From contig JADGIG010000024.1 of assembly GCA_018985235.1 (NCBI GenBank), positions 1-41,203 of the forward strand: a DNA stretch of 41,203 bases. The letters are read 5' to 3'. The stretch is from Sanchytrium tribonematis (taxonomy: Eukaryota). The position numbers and the translations under genes were made by a program. A model generated the notes under the pieces. The model was not told where the DNA came from and made no database searches. It was given only the letters and a program-made list of their open reading frames with translations. Each line of letters opens with the position of its first letter. Position 1 is the first letter of the stretch. Below are positions 20,172 through 31,350 of this stretch, piece after piece.

Positions 20172-20306
20172 ATGGGCCATTCACCTAAAGTCCAAGTAGT
20201 ACGTTTAAAATGTGAAAAATGCGGTGGAACAGGTGTACGACAAGGCGGAGCATGCAGTAACTGTAAAGGTCATGGGACTATAATTAAGCACGAGCGGCGA
20301 GGTTGA
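20172..20306 (+). CDS. 44-aa stand-alone DnaJ-type zinc-finger microprotein
   Basis: MGHSPKVQVVRLKCEKCGGTGVRQGGACSNCKGHGTIIKHERRG* has two CxxCxGxG motifs; locally higher GC; AATAAA begins 5 nt after the stop. Below the ORF-track length cutoff. Confidence 0.75.
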   Translation: MGHSPKVQVVRLKCEKCGGTGVRQGGACSNCKGHGTIIKHERRG

Positions 20307-21119
20307 TATCAATAAAATACTTATATTTCAAAACAATAAAGCGCCAGTAGACAGTTCGATGGAGCGAGCACTGTAATCGCTAGCTTAAGTTTTGAATAGA
20401 TGATACTGGTACACTGTTAATAGAACCTTCATTATGTTTTAATGGGGTCTTTGAATTTGATCTACTTCATGTGAAATGCTGTTTGGCCTAATCAGCTTGA
20501 CACTGTGGAGTAATGAAATGACAAGCAGTACTTGAGATTGCAATAATTAACGATTTTTTAATGAATAGCACCATTAAATTCAACTGACTCAAGGCGGCTT
20601 ACATAGATAGAGAACATCTTTCGTGTTGTCGCAAATTAAGGTAGAATAAATAGTTGACGGGCAGTTAGTTTATCGTTTTACTCTTTATGCAAGTTTTGAT
20701 GAGTTTGATAGATTTATATCGAATAAATAAACTCGTTTGTTCAGAATTATATTTTAATTTGTGATACACTGACAATACATCAGATGCTTTGCTATTGTTG
20801 GACAATTCAATTAACCCTGGTGGGAACCATTTACTAGCAGTCAAAAGGGGTGTTTGACCAAAATTAATACCCCTGGCTGGAAGAGTACAATTAGTTTGAT
20901 TTATATACATTAAATTTAACTCAATTTAGAAATTGATTCATTTATTATAAACCGGTTGGGAAGTTCAGCATTGGAAAACTCAATTGTCATCGGAGTGCGG
21001 TTGATTGTGGGGCAATTAAATAAGTTTATTAATGCGGTTATCACACCATTCATTTATCACAAAATATCACCCAGTCAATTTGAACCTTTGTTTAGCCAAG
21101 CGACGTGTATTTCTGAAAC

Positions 21120-24100
21120 ATGTCAAAGAAAGAAGTTAAAAAGTTTCATTGGAAGCCAAAATTTTTAACTGTTGTTGCAGTAGCAGAGTTCGCACCTGTT
21201 CAAGTTGATTTGTCAGCCTATCCAGAAACCGAAAAGCTCAGCTCAAATAGATTCCATCCTCGGGATCAAGTCGAGCTCCATGTTGGTGATATAGCTTCAA
21301 TTCTTGAAGAACTGAGTGGTTGGTACCGTGGCTATGTGTTTTCTCCCAGCAATCCACAACTAAAAGCTCGCCTAGGAATATTTCCCGCCAATCATACATC
21401 TTCAATTCGCAAGAGAGAATATAAGGACTCATCTCAAAAAGATAAGCCAATTCTACCTAGTTCAGACGATATTCAATCCCCTGTCGATGTGAGACAAGAG
21501 CCAGATGAAGTCTTGGCGCATGATGAAGTGCAATTGAGTGTCAAAAAATCGACTTCCATTGTTGCAGATTTTTTGAATGCTAATACTACGGACGCTGTAA
21601 GACCTGATGGAACATTAATGAAAGTAAGAAAAGCAGGTAGTAATCCTTTGCCTGATGCCAGTATGCCTTTTTACATCACAAAATATGCAAGGGAAGATCC
21701 TTTGATTGACGAAGTTACTGTAGTCTTAAGGGATTGGTTTTTTAATTTGAAAACGTGCTTGAGATCTCAAGATTACAAGTCCTATGCATTGACCAAAAAG
21801 AATGTGAATAATTTGCTAAGAGGAAGAAGACAATTGTTGGCCAGAAAACATGTCGGTCAAGGGTTGAGCTCCGTTAGACAGGAAATTTTGCAAAGTATTT
21901 CAGATGGAAATGAAATGCAAAAGTATCATCAAGTCATTAGAGACAAAGAGACTGGTGAAGTGTTTACACCCAGACTTGCGACTGTCATGAAAATGCACCA
22001 AACCCATACACATTTACAGTGGCATGTCAATCCTGATAGTAAAAAGCAACAACCACGATCTTTTGATGTTTTTGATCAGGAATATTTGCAAAAGGAAGAA
22101 ACTCATGTCCAGTTTCATCACTTTTACTTTGAGATTAAAGAAAATCAGATTCAATTAGCAACGGATGGGCCTTATGAAATTCATTTTAATATTTTGACCA
22201 AAAGTGATGGACAGCCATTGTGTGAAACATTTATTGTGAAATACGACCAAAACAAGGCGTTGAATCCTATTCAGTATCTTGTTACAAATCTAGCACCGGT
22301 TGATGCTTCATTGGACACCATTTTACTTGGCAAAATTTTTAAACGTGAACAATTTAGTGACAAGTGCGCGGAAACTGTTGTCCGAAGACCGGTGGGCATC
22401 GTTTTGATAGAAACAAAGGATATTTTTAATGGTAAGGAAGCTCAACCAACCAATGGATTTTTTATGAAGTTGTTTCCTGTCAGTAATGAAAATAACTTTG
22501 GAAAATTTTACGAGAAAATTTTGGAGACAGGATTATCCGCTGACTATGGTCCAAAAGCAGGGGGTTTGTTCGTGGTTTTGAAAACAGCAGTAGGTGATTT
22601 GGATTACGTTTTGAAAAGTACGCCATTTTTCGAACCAAAAAACACCATCTTGGTAAATAGAATTAATTTTCCAACTGTAATTACTCCCACAATTGCTCGA
22701 AATAAGGTTCATATTACATTGAGGAGTGGTGATTTTCAAAGAAGTGTATCAAGAAATATTGAAATTGCAATTCAGTTACGAAATAATTACACTGGGCAAG
22801 TTATTGATCAATCAATGAGTGTTGGTAGAGGTGTGAATAATTCTGCTGTTTATGAGAGTTCACTTCATTATCATGCACTGAGTCCAAATTACAATGAGAC
22901 TTTCACTGTTGACTGTCCTTTAGATATTTTGACTGATTCACACTTGTATTTTGCTATCAGAGCTTTACATAGCTCTGACAAAGAACGAAAAGAGACCAAG
23001 GTGATTTCGTTTGGATTTTTACCAATCATGAAAGACAATAGAATGATAGCAAATGGAGTGAAAGATTTAGCTGTATATAAATACGAAAAATCTAAAACTA
23101 GCCCAGGTACTTATTTAACCCTTCCTTTCGAAATTCAGGAAGAAAAGGAAAAGCAAGACACTTTATCAGTTTATGTGAATCTTTGTAGTTCTAAGTACCC
23201 ACAAAATACTAATCTATTTCAATTTTTAAATTGGAAAAAGATTCCAGATTCTACTGCAGACACGTTTAAGCCGATGTTGGGAGAACTGAAATCTGTCAAA
23301 GAAAGCGAAATACTTTTTGCTCTATTTGATATTTTGGAGGGTTTATTTGAATTACAAAAGAGTGCTAAGAATGAAAATTTAGTTCTTGACCAACTAATTT
23401 TTCAAGGTTTATTGCATTGTATAGGACTCACTCAAGACAACAAATATTCAAAATTTGAGCCAAATGTGAGAAAGTTTATAGAGGAAAAATTCAACTATGC
23501 TTTGGCGTATAAATTCTTACTTCATAATTTAATCAAACTCATTGATGAAAACAGCACTGCTGGTAATTTACAATATGTGAAAGAAGTCCGAGCCACCTTT
23601 AAGATTGTTCACTACATTTTCATGATGATTTTTAAAAGTAGAGCCCTTCAACAGGAAAAAGAGAAAAAACAAGACGAATCACCATTTGAAGCCAATGAAC
23701 AATTGTTCAAAGAAGACATCAATAAGTTTGTAAATAGTATTTGTACGGTGATGCATGAGGTCAGCAACGACACCGTATTGGGAACTCAAACTACAATCCT
23801 TCAGTACTTGGACAGAATTATCATCGAATTTTTAAAGTATTTTGGGCCGGTCGCTACAGCTGATTACACAATCCAGATGGCTGACGCAGTTCAAAACAAG
23901 AAATCCACTGTTATAAACTACAAATTAGTATTTATGATGAATATTGTTAAATCACCTTTGTTCAAGACCAAACAAGCTCGCCCAATTTTAAGTCAAGCCA
24001 TTGCGAGATGGCTAACAAATTCATTTTTAGACCCTGGTTCTGGTGATAAAAATGGAAGGAAAGATGTATTTCGTAAATCTGTGTTTGTATTAGCAGAAAC

Positions 24101-26784
24101 GTTGGATTGTATGCAAAATGTACTAGAAGTCAACGCGCATTTACACTCTCAAGATTTAGACACTGATTTCAAATCACTCCAAATCTTTGCCAAAATTGTG
24201 CCAACTTTGATTGATGTTTTTGATGATTCTTTAAGCAGCAGTGATGTTCAGACAAAGTTCCAAACTAAAACAAATCATAACGCGACTTCATTTCATTCCT
24301 CAATAACTGCTCAACAGACCTCAACAATTTTAAGTATTCCACAATCCGGGCCTTCATCCCCAATTTCTATGAATGCACAAAATCCATCTATTTTGAGTGG
24401 TGTCATTGCTGCAACTATGTTGATCATCTTTCATTTGTTGAGCAAACAAGAACTTTTAAATGTCTTTTTTGAAGAATTGAGTCATTACAATATTGAAAAA
24501 AGCCAAAGATTGATCAAGTTAATGATTAACAGTGTGAACTCTATGGTGATCGGTGAAGCTTTTCCAGATGAATGGGCAAATTTAACTTTGTTTACCAACA
24601 AGACAGCCCTTAAAATGTTTGAAGTTATATCAATGATTACACTTGGCAAATTTAGTCACCGGTATGGTCACCAATTCGACAAAGCCATTTGGGTGTCATT
24701 ATTAAAAGGTATATTGAATTTGCTTCAAAATCATAATTTTAATACCAGAAAAGAATCTCAACAATTTAAAAGAGTAGAAATGATCTTGGAGGCAAACATT
24801 GAAGTGAAAGGTGCTCAATTCTTGAAAGCGCTCTGGGACTCTATTGGTGTCGATGACAATGGAAATGATATTTTGAACTATCATTTGCAATTAACTAATG
24901 ATTTGATGAGCAGTGTCTGCCAATTATCAGTGAGTAACAATTCGACTTGTCAACAAGTGGCAAGTTATATCATTTTCAACATGATGAGAAGAGAATATCA
25001 ATTCTGTAAATCGGTGCATCGTATCGAAACAATGGTCATTGACGAATTAGATAAGCTATTTAGCATTGGTATGGGTGATGAAACTTATCAGAAAAATTTG
25101 ATTTACAACTTGAAAACATACAACAAATATATTCAAGTAGATGATCAATTTAGAGATATTACTGACAAAGTCATTTCTAATTTTGATCAATTCTGTAATT
25201 TGGTGCTTAGTGTGAGAAGTCTAAGCAGCTTTGGAGATGAGTATGAAGACGAAAGATGGGATGGAATCTTAAAATTGGCATTTTTCATGAAAACGGTCAA
25301 CAAACAAGAAATTTACATCAAATATGTCCATCATTTGTCTCAAATGCAATTGAAGAAGAACAATTTTGTAGAAGCTGGACTTACACTTATGAATCATGCC
25401 AATATCTTGGAATGGAATTTGAATACATCTGTTCCTGCTATGGAAGACATTGGGTTTCCTAAAGAGCAGTCTAGTTATGATAGAAAGGAAGAATTACTGC
25501 TTACCATTTTGGAATACTTTGATGAGGGAAAAGCCTGGGAAAAGGGTATCTCAATTTGTAAAGATATGAGTGCTCAGTATCAAAATTTATCTTTTGATTA
25601 TAAAAAATTAAGTGGAATGCTTAAAAGAGAAGCGGATTTGTATCTGAGTATTTTGAACAAAGAGCGATATCATTCTGAATACTTTAGAGTTGGATTTTTT
25701 GGAAAAGCTTGGCCTGTCAACATTCGAAACAAATTATTTATCTACAGAGGATTTGAATTTGAAAAAATTTCAGTGTTTTGTGAGCGAATTATCAATAAGC
25801 ATGCCGGAGCGATGATGTTGAAAAATAATAATGCGCCAACAGAAGAAGTACTTAATAGTAACAAAAAGCATATTCAGATAACTGCTGTTGTTGCAGAACC
25901 AAAGCCGTTATCTATTTTCACAAGCGATAAGGTTCCAGATGTGGTTAAAAACTATTTCGTTAGTAATGAAATTGAAAACTTTTCATTTCAACGACCATTT
26001 AGAAAGGCGGCCAAAACTGGAAATGAATTTTTAGACCTGTGGACAGAGAAAACTGTTTACAGAACAGCTGAAGTTTTTCCACATGCTTTAAGAAGAAGTT
26101 TGATAGTTGACTATGAAAAGTTTGAGTATTCTCCAGTCGAAAATGCTCTAAAAACAATGTCTGGTAAGAATGCCGAACTTTTGGCATTGGAGGCTCAATT
26201 TAGTCAAAAAGATGCTGCCAAGCTCAACTGCAATCCATTAACTATGAGTTTGAATGGTAGTGTTGATGCTCCTGTCAACGGAGGGGTACCGATGTACAAG
26301 AAAGCTTTTCTTAACGATGAATTCAAGAGCAAGTTTCCAGACAAGGCTGAATTTGTTCCACAATTGGCTGATGCAATTGACGAGCAGATTATTATCATCT
26401 CTCGTTGTTTGGACGTTCATGCTAAAGTGGTTCCACCAGCCATGCGTCCATTGCACGAAAACTTGGTCAGATGTATTTTTTTATAATTTAGTATTCTTGA
26501 AGAACTATAGTGAAGATATTGATAGACTCGGAATCCCGCCGCCAACAACCGAGGCTCCTGCTCCATTGTTGTCGCTGCCAAAGAAAGAAGAAGAAACAGC
26601 GTCTGTAATGAGCAAGGATAGTGGCGAACATCCTCTTCCAATGAAAGAAATGGAAAAGGGAGCGACATTGAGAATTAAGAAAGGAAACACTGAGAGAGGA
26701 AGTTCAATGGTGTTGAATGAAGGAGTAACAGCCAAAGACAGATTATTAAGTAAGGCTTTTGGAAAGAAAGAAAAGCCTTCCTAA
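21120..26784 (+). CDS. DOCK-family (DOCK180-like) Rho/Rac GEF with SH3, C2/DHR1 and DHR2; 2 exons (21120-26472, 26492-26784), 1881 aa
   Basis: SH3 (GWYRG...GIFPANH); DHR2 (EYFRVGFFG, FIYRG, LNGSVDAPVNGG..MY). The spliced junction reads PLHENLVRL|FLKNYSEDI. Confidence 0.93.
26473..26491 (+). other. 19-nt GT-AG spliceosomal intron
   Basis: GTATTTTTTTATAATTTAG contains the in-frame TAA that ends the ORF-track entry. Confidence 0.88.
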
Positions 26785-26917
26785 TAAAGTTATTAACTTG
26801 TATCACTTTTTATTTACAGGATACAATTATTTATCTACATGGTATACTGACATTTTAAGTCGTTTTTTGATTGGTGAATGAAATTCAAGATAAGGTTTAA
26901 GTTAGTAACGTAAATAT

Positions 26918-29900
26918 TTACCAATCCTCGTCACTTTCACTTCCATCAACCGCTTTTCGAATCCCCATAAATTTGGCATCAATATTGCCTTGCATTAATT
27001 CTAAAACATTCGTACTTCCAACACTTCCTTGTCTTCGTTTTGCTTTTCTTTCTTTCTCTTTAGCTATTCTGCGTTTTTCTAGCTCCTTTATTCTTTGATT
27101 CTCTTCATTAGCAATCTTCATCATTTGGAAAAATTGATGAAGAATACTAAACAATTGTTCAGGATATGAAATATCAGAATCTTCTACATCTTCCCCGAAA
27201 TATAATGCAGTTTTCACCCAAATATCATCATACTCGTGTTCTAATTCTAAGAGCGCATTCAAAGGATCTATTAGTGAATCAACAAAATTTTTCAAATGGC
27301 TTTTGCTATCAAATTCTCCATACTTTTGACTTATTTCCATCGGAACCGGCAAGGGTACAAATTTTTCTATCTTTGTAAGTTCATTATCCAAGAACTCGAT
27401 TTCACTAAGAAGCTCTTTCGTATTAATCTGACTCAGTTTTAGCAAATTTGAAAACTCGTCAGGAAGCTCTAATAATTCCGGACAAGCCTCGCTGGTCATT
27501 AAACAGAGGTAATTCAGTAAGTTAGATTTTGAATCACTACTGCGAATTGTATTAAGTTTCAATAAGTTATTAATTTTAAAACCAGTCAATTTTTTTCGGG
27601 TGTACCCAATATTGTAGTCATACGAAGCCAAGTTGCCCAGATTAAGCACGGTTTTCAGCAATGTTTTTAAAGAACCGCTTTCTTGTAAATCTCTGCAAGT
27701 TTTGTTAATTTCTTGAAGAGTAATGCTGAGATCAGAGATTTGCTGTCTAGAAGTGAGCATGTACTTTTGGATTTCAATGAATCTTTCGATATTTGGATCT
27801 TGATTAATTGTCAATAAGAATTGCTCCGCAGTATTATAATCAGAAATTGGAATGTTTCTATTTTGAGGGGCATTTATAAAAGAATGAATAAGTTTTAAGT
27901 CATCTTGAGTCGGCATTAACATCAGCAATGAATTAAGTTGATCGATATTAGTAATTTTGAACGTTGCAATTTCAGACCTCAATTCCTCAAATGAAAATTT
28001 TTTAAACTGAGCGAGTCCAATTGATATGTTATTCGCCTTTCTGACATCCAGAATCGTAACAACCGAAGGCTTTTCCTCTTCTTTTTTAATAACTGGAGTT
28101 TTAACAGTGTCTTCTGTTACACAAAATAGATCTTCAAACTTATTTAGATCTAGAGCAATCATACTGCTTCCTTTAAGTATTCGGCTATTTTCGTCTTCCA
28201 CAATTTCTTCGTCATCATCCTCTTGTGCCCAAATCGAATGTCTGTTGGCTTTTGCTTGATCAAACTGTACCTTATTTCGAATTCTAGGTTTGTTCGACAA
28301 ATCCGGAGCAGCAGCTAAACCGCCAGGTGGTGGAGGCGGTGGAGGAGCCCCATTTGGACCTGGAATTGGAGGGGGAGGTGGAGGCCCTGAGCCAGACATC
28401 GGCGGTAAGGGTGGCGGGGGAGGTGGCAAATCTGACTTTGATGGTGAGGAAACTGTGTATTCCGCTATTTGGTCGTTTTTTAGAACATCAATTTGTTTGA
28501 AAGCACCTGATTTAATCTGAGATCTTTTGATTCGTTTTTTTGAACGCGATTCCTGTTCGTCTTTTAATATTTGCTCTTCTTTAACCAATTGTTCCTCCAA
28601 TTGACGCATCTGGTTGTTCTCATTAATTATGGTATCGCTTTCTTCCTTCATTTGTTTAGAATGAAGCTTGAGTTGTTTTCTTTGAACATGTGCATCGGGT
28701 GTAGCGGTTTCGTCTTCAGATATGTGTGGAGTATCCGAGAATAAAGACGATGATTCGGGTGCATCGAAATCGTCTACAATATCTTTCTCTGGAGAGGTAA
28801 CAATTTTTGGTTCCTCTTTCGGAGAGAAAAATGTTACTTCTGCTTCAGCTTTTCTTTCGATTTCCTTCTCTTTTTCGGTCTGCTCTGGTATAAAGTTTAA
28901 AGATTGTCGGTTGATGACTTTATCAATTTGGTGTTGCTGCAAAGATTTTCTTCCAATTCTAATATACTCTTGTATAAATTTTTCTTGAAGTGGCTTGAAA
29001 AGAAGATGCAGATATTCAGTTGCAAGGTGCAAGTCATTGCGGGCCAATTTCAGACTCGTTTCATAAGCAATTTTCTTGAATCCCTGTTTGTGAAGTATGT
29101 CAGCCAGATTTGGGTCTACCTGAACTGGTAATAAGTGGCTCAAAGCAAGACACTCTTTAGTAATATACTGATCAATATAATTTTGATAATTTAATTTTTT
29201 TGATTCAGTTTGCATAAATACTATATCCACGCTAAAATCTGGGCTAAAGAAATCAGCCCTTTGATACTCTAGTTCTTTAAGTGGCAATCTAATCAATCCA
29301 GCACCCATAAATCCAGTATTAAATGTAAATTTTGCTAAATTTACAAGTTGTTGCTCAGCCTGCTGATACAATTTAATTTGGATGTCTTGGTCACATTCAA
29401 CCTGTAGTGAAATTACTATATTAAATTCATCGACAAATATGTTTTCACTACCAAAATATATCTGGCGATTATTTTGCAAAACCTCAATTGCAGGTTTTGT
29501 ACAGGGCACAGTGTTCAATATTAATTTCTTCAAAATTAATGACTGTGGATTAGGGACCTGCCCATGAAATTGAAAAATATCATTGATATAATTCACATAT
29601 CTTCTATGCTTGTTGCTTATCCAATCTTGATCGAATGGACTTCTGCGAAGTATAAAAAAATCGAAAGCTTCAATTGCAGAATCAAAAATATTAAGGTATC
29701 TCAAAAGAGCAGACATAATCAGACTGGTATGCTTAACTCCATTTTTGCAATGTATAAGTGCAATATGATTTGAGGATAAATGTATCCAGCCCGCAATAGC
29801 TCTGACAATTTGAAAAATGTCGGTCAGTATGTAATGAAATTCATGATTGACTACTTTAAAAATATCTGGGTATTCTATATTTGATAAATTAAAGATCATA

Positions 29901-30220
29901 TATTTCTTTCTCTTGAGATATAATTGAACTTCGTTGAAATTATTTCTATAAATTTGAGTTTCGGTTCTTTGATGCCACGGGCTGCCCATGACATAAATTT
30001 GGTTTGTTATGTTGATTATATCAAGCTCTGTTTGTAAATGTATCGGTTTAAGATCTGGATGATTGGTTGGAATTGTTATTTCCAAATAGTCGGTCAATTG
30101 GTCCATGGTCCAAACATCGTCTTCAGTAATAGTCATCGACATGACATTGATCTGGCCCTTCTTAAGACTGGAGTCAGTTGATTTAGACGATCCAAATAAT
30201 GAAGATAATGAAGGAAACAT
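26918..30220 (-). CDS. formin with N-terminal PTEN-like phosphatase and C2 domains, UBA-like motif, FH1, FH2 and acidic Trp tail (1100 aa)
   Basis: PTEN/tensin-like LDIINIT..IYVM, IHCKNG, RYVNY, FTFNTGF; polyproline FH1; FH2 motifs KANNISIGL, L.LGN, GFKI..L.KL, SNLLNYL, YFGED. The first ATG is at 30220 (the ORF track starts at a TTG). Confidence 0.92.
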   Translation of the reverse strand: MFPSLSSLFGSSKSTDSSLKKGQINVMSMTITEDDVWTMDQLTDYLEITIPTNHPDLKPIHLQTELDIINITNQIYVMGSPWHQRTETQIYRNNFNEVQLYLKRKKYMIFNLSNIEYPDIFKVVNHEFHYILTDIFQIVRAIAGWIHLSSNHIALIHCKNGVKHTSLIMSALLRYLNIFDSAIEAFDFFILRRSPFDQDWISNKHRRYVNYINDIFQFHGQVPNPQSLILKKLILNTVPCTKPAIEVLQNNRQIYFGSENIFVDEFNIVISLQVECDQDIQIKLYQQAEQQLVNLAKFTFNTGFMGAGLIRLPLKELEYQRADFFSPDFSVDIVFMQTESKKLNYQNYIDQYITKECLALSHLLPVQVDPNLADILHKQGFKKIAYETSLKLARNDLHLATEYLHLLFKPLQEKFIQEYIRIGRKSLQQHQIDKVINRQSLNFIPEQTEKEKEIERKAEAEVTFFSPKEEPKIVTSPEKDIVDDFDAPESSSLFSDTPHISEDETATPDAHVQRKQLKLHSKQMKEESDTIINENNQMRQLEEQLVKEEQILKDEQESRSKKRIKRSQIKSGAFKQIDVLKNDQIAEYTVSSPSKSDLPPPPPPLPPMSGSGPPPPPPIPGPNGAPPPPPPPGGLAAAPDLSNKPRIRNKVQFDQAKANRHSIWAQEDDDEEIVEDENSRILKGSSMIALDLNKFEDLFCVTEDTVKTPVIKKEEEKPSVVTILDVRKANNISIGLAQFKKFSFEELRSEIATFKITNIDQLNSLLMLMPTQDDLKLIHSFINAPQNRNIPISDYNTAEQFLLTINQDPNIERFIEIQKYMLTSRQQISDLSITLQEINKTCRDLQESGSLKTLLKTVLNLGNLASYDYNIGYTRKKLTGFKINNLLKLNTIRSSDSKSNLLNYLCLMTSEACPELLELPDEFSNLLKLSQINTKELLSEIEFLDNELTKIEKFVPLPVPMEISQKYGEFDSKSHLKNFVDSLIDPLNALLELEHEYDDIWVKTALYFGEDVEDSDISYPEQLFSILHQFFQMMKIANEENQRIKELEKRRIAKEKERKAKRRQGSVGSTNVLELMQGNIDAKFMGIRKAVDGSESDEDW

Positions 30221-30570
30221 CAAGATGTGAAACAGGGAAATTTCAAGGTCTTTAATGTCATCATGATTGCACGATCATTTTGGTTGGACCAAACTATCCT
30301 GAAAATATATTGTGTACAACAGAGATTTCATTCAAGCAAAATAGAATATAAAACTACTTTGAGGTATCTTCTGAATTTGAGAATTGCTATGATGAAGATG
30401 TTTGATGAGTAACTTATGGAGAGATAAGAGAATGTCTTAAGCTTTACTAGCATTACATGCCAAAAAGGAAGTTTGTTGATTGTATGTATTTCCTCAAGAG
30501 TGGGAAAAAGAGTTTGGATTTTTTGGTCTTTTGGTAACATAATATTTAAAAAGTGTCGAGCAGACCTAAT

Positions 30571-31179
30571 TTACTTCTTCGATTTAATTTTCTTCAAATA
30601 AAATTCTAGTTCTTTGCCTTCTAAAATATAACCGTCAGCTCTACCGCTTTGGCCAGGACGTGAGGCGATACGAGCGTAGATTCTGCCAGCACCAAATTGA
30701 TCAACCAAACCAGATTCAACGGCGGATTCCTTTTGTCTCTCAGTCAGTTTAGATTCAACCTTCTTCGATTTTTTCTTTTGTAATTCTTCTGACGATTTTA
30801 CACCATCTTTTCTTCCAAGTGGTAATCCATAATGTGCCTCATACCATTGTCTTAGGGGAGTAGGGTCAATTTGAATGATGCCACCTTTGGTAAGTGTATT
30901 TGTTCTCACTAATTCGTTGTTGCTTGGATTATATACGACATTTAAAATACGTGTTTTCCTGGTAACAGATTCAGATCCCCAAGAGAAATTACCAGTGTCG
31001 AGTCTTAGTGCTCTGAATTTTAAATTACCACCACGTACTCTGACGGTATGGACTCTTTTGTGTCCAATTTTAGTTGAAGCTGGCTGTCTTCCCAACTCAA
31101 ACTTTCGCTTTTTACGATATTGAGCACGCTTTGCTCCAGTAGCTGCTCTCTTGTGTCTTGAGTCTCTGGAAATTCCCAT
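30571..31179 (-). CDS. RPS8: 40S ribosomal protein S8 (eS8)
   Basis: [13 protein letters not shown]...[32 protein letters not shown]. Intronless. Confidence 0.98.
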   Translation of the reverse strand: MGISRDSRHKRAATGAKRAQYRKKRKFELGRQPASTKIGHKRVHTVRVRGGNLKFRALRLDTGNFSWGSESVTRKTRILNVVYNPSNNELVRTNTLTKGGIIQIDPTPLRQWYEAHYGLPLGRKDGVKSSEELQKKKSKKVESKLTERQKESAVESGLVDQFGAGRIYARIASRPGQSGRADGYILEGKELEFYLKKIKSKK

Positions 31180-31350
31180 TCAATATTGCATTCTGGTAAA
31201 TGTATTTTCACAATTCACGTGAAATTCGCTCCTTCAAATTGAAACAAATCTCCGAAAATTTACTTATCTTATGAAACATTTTCACTTGAGTTTAAGCTCA
31301 TATTTGCTTCGTAGACTATATTTTATTTAAAAATAGAGCACTAAGAGGCC

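Noticed and set aside
20665..21070. 81-aa minus-strand ORF and three TATCAC (GATA-like) motifs upstream of DOCK
   Set aside because: The ORF has no recognisable motif or local stop/AATAAA signature, and the hexamers are too short to call in AT-rich DNA.
15294..30220. Actin-regulator cluster (myosin RLC, DOCK, formin)
   Set aside because: Unrelated genes are interspersed and there is no shared regulatory evidence; proximity is likely coincidental without synteny data.
30299..30317. 19-nt GTACACAATATATTTTCAG on the minus strand upstream of the formin
   Set aside because: It lacks the T12 and A14 shared by all five supported introns and does not extend the formin frame; such matches arise by chance.
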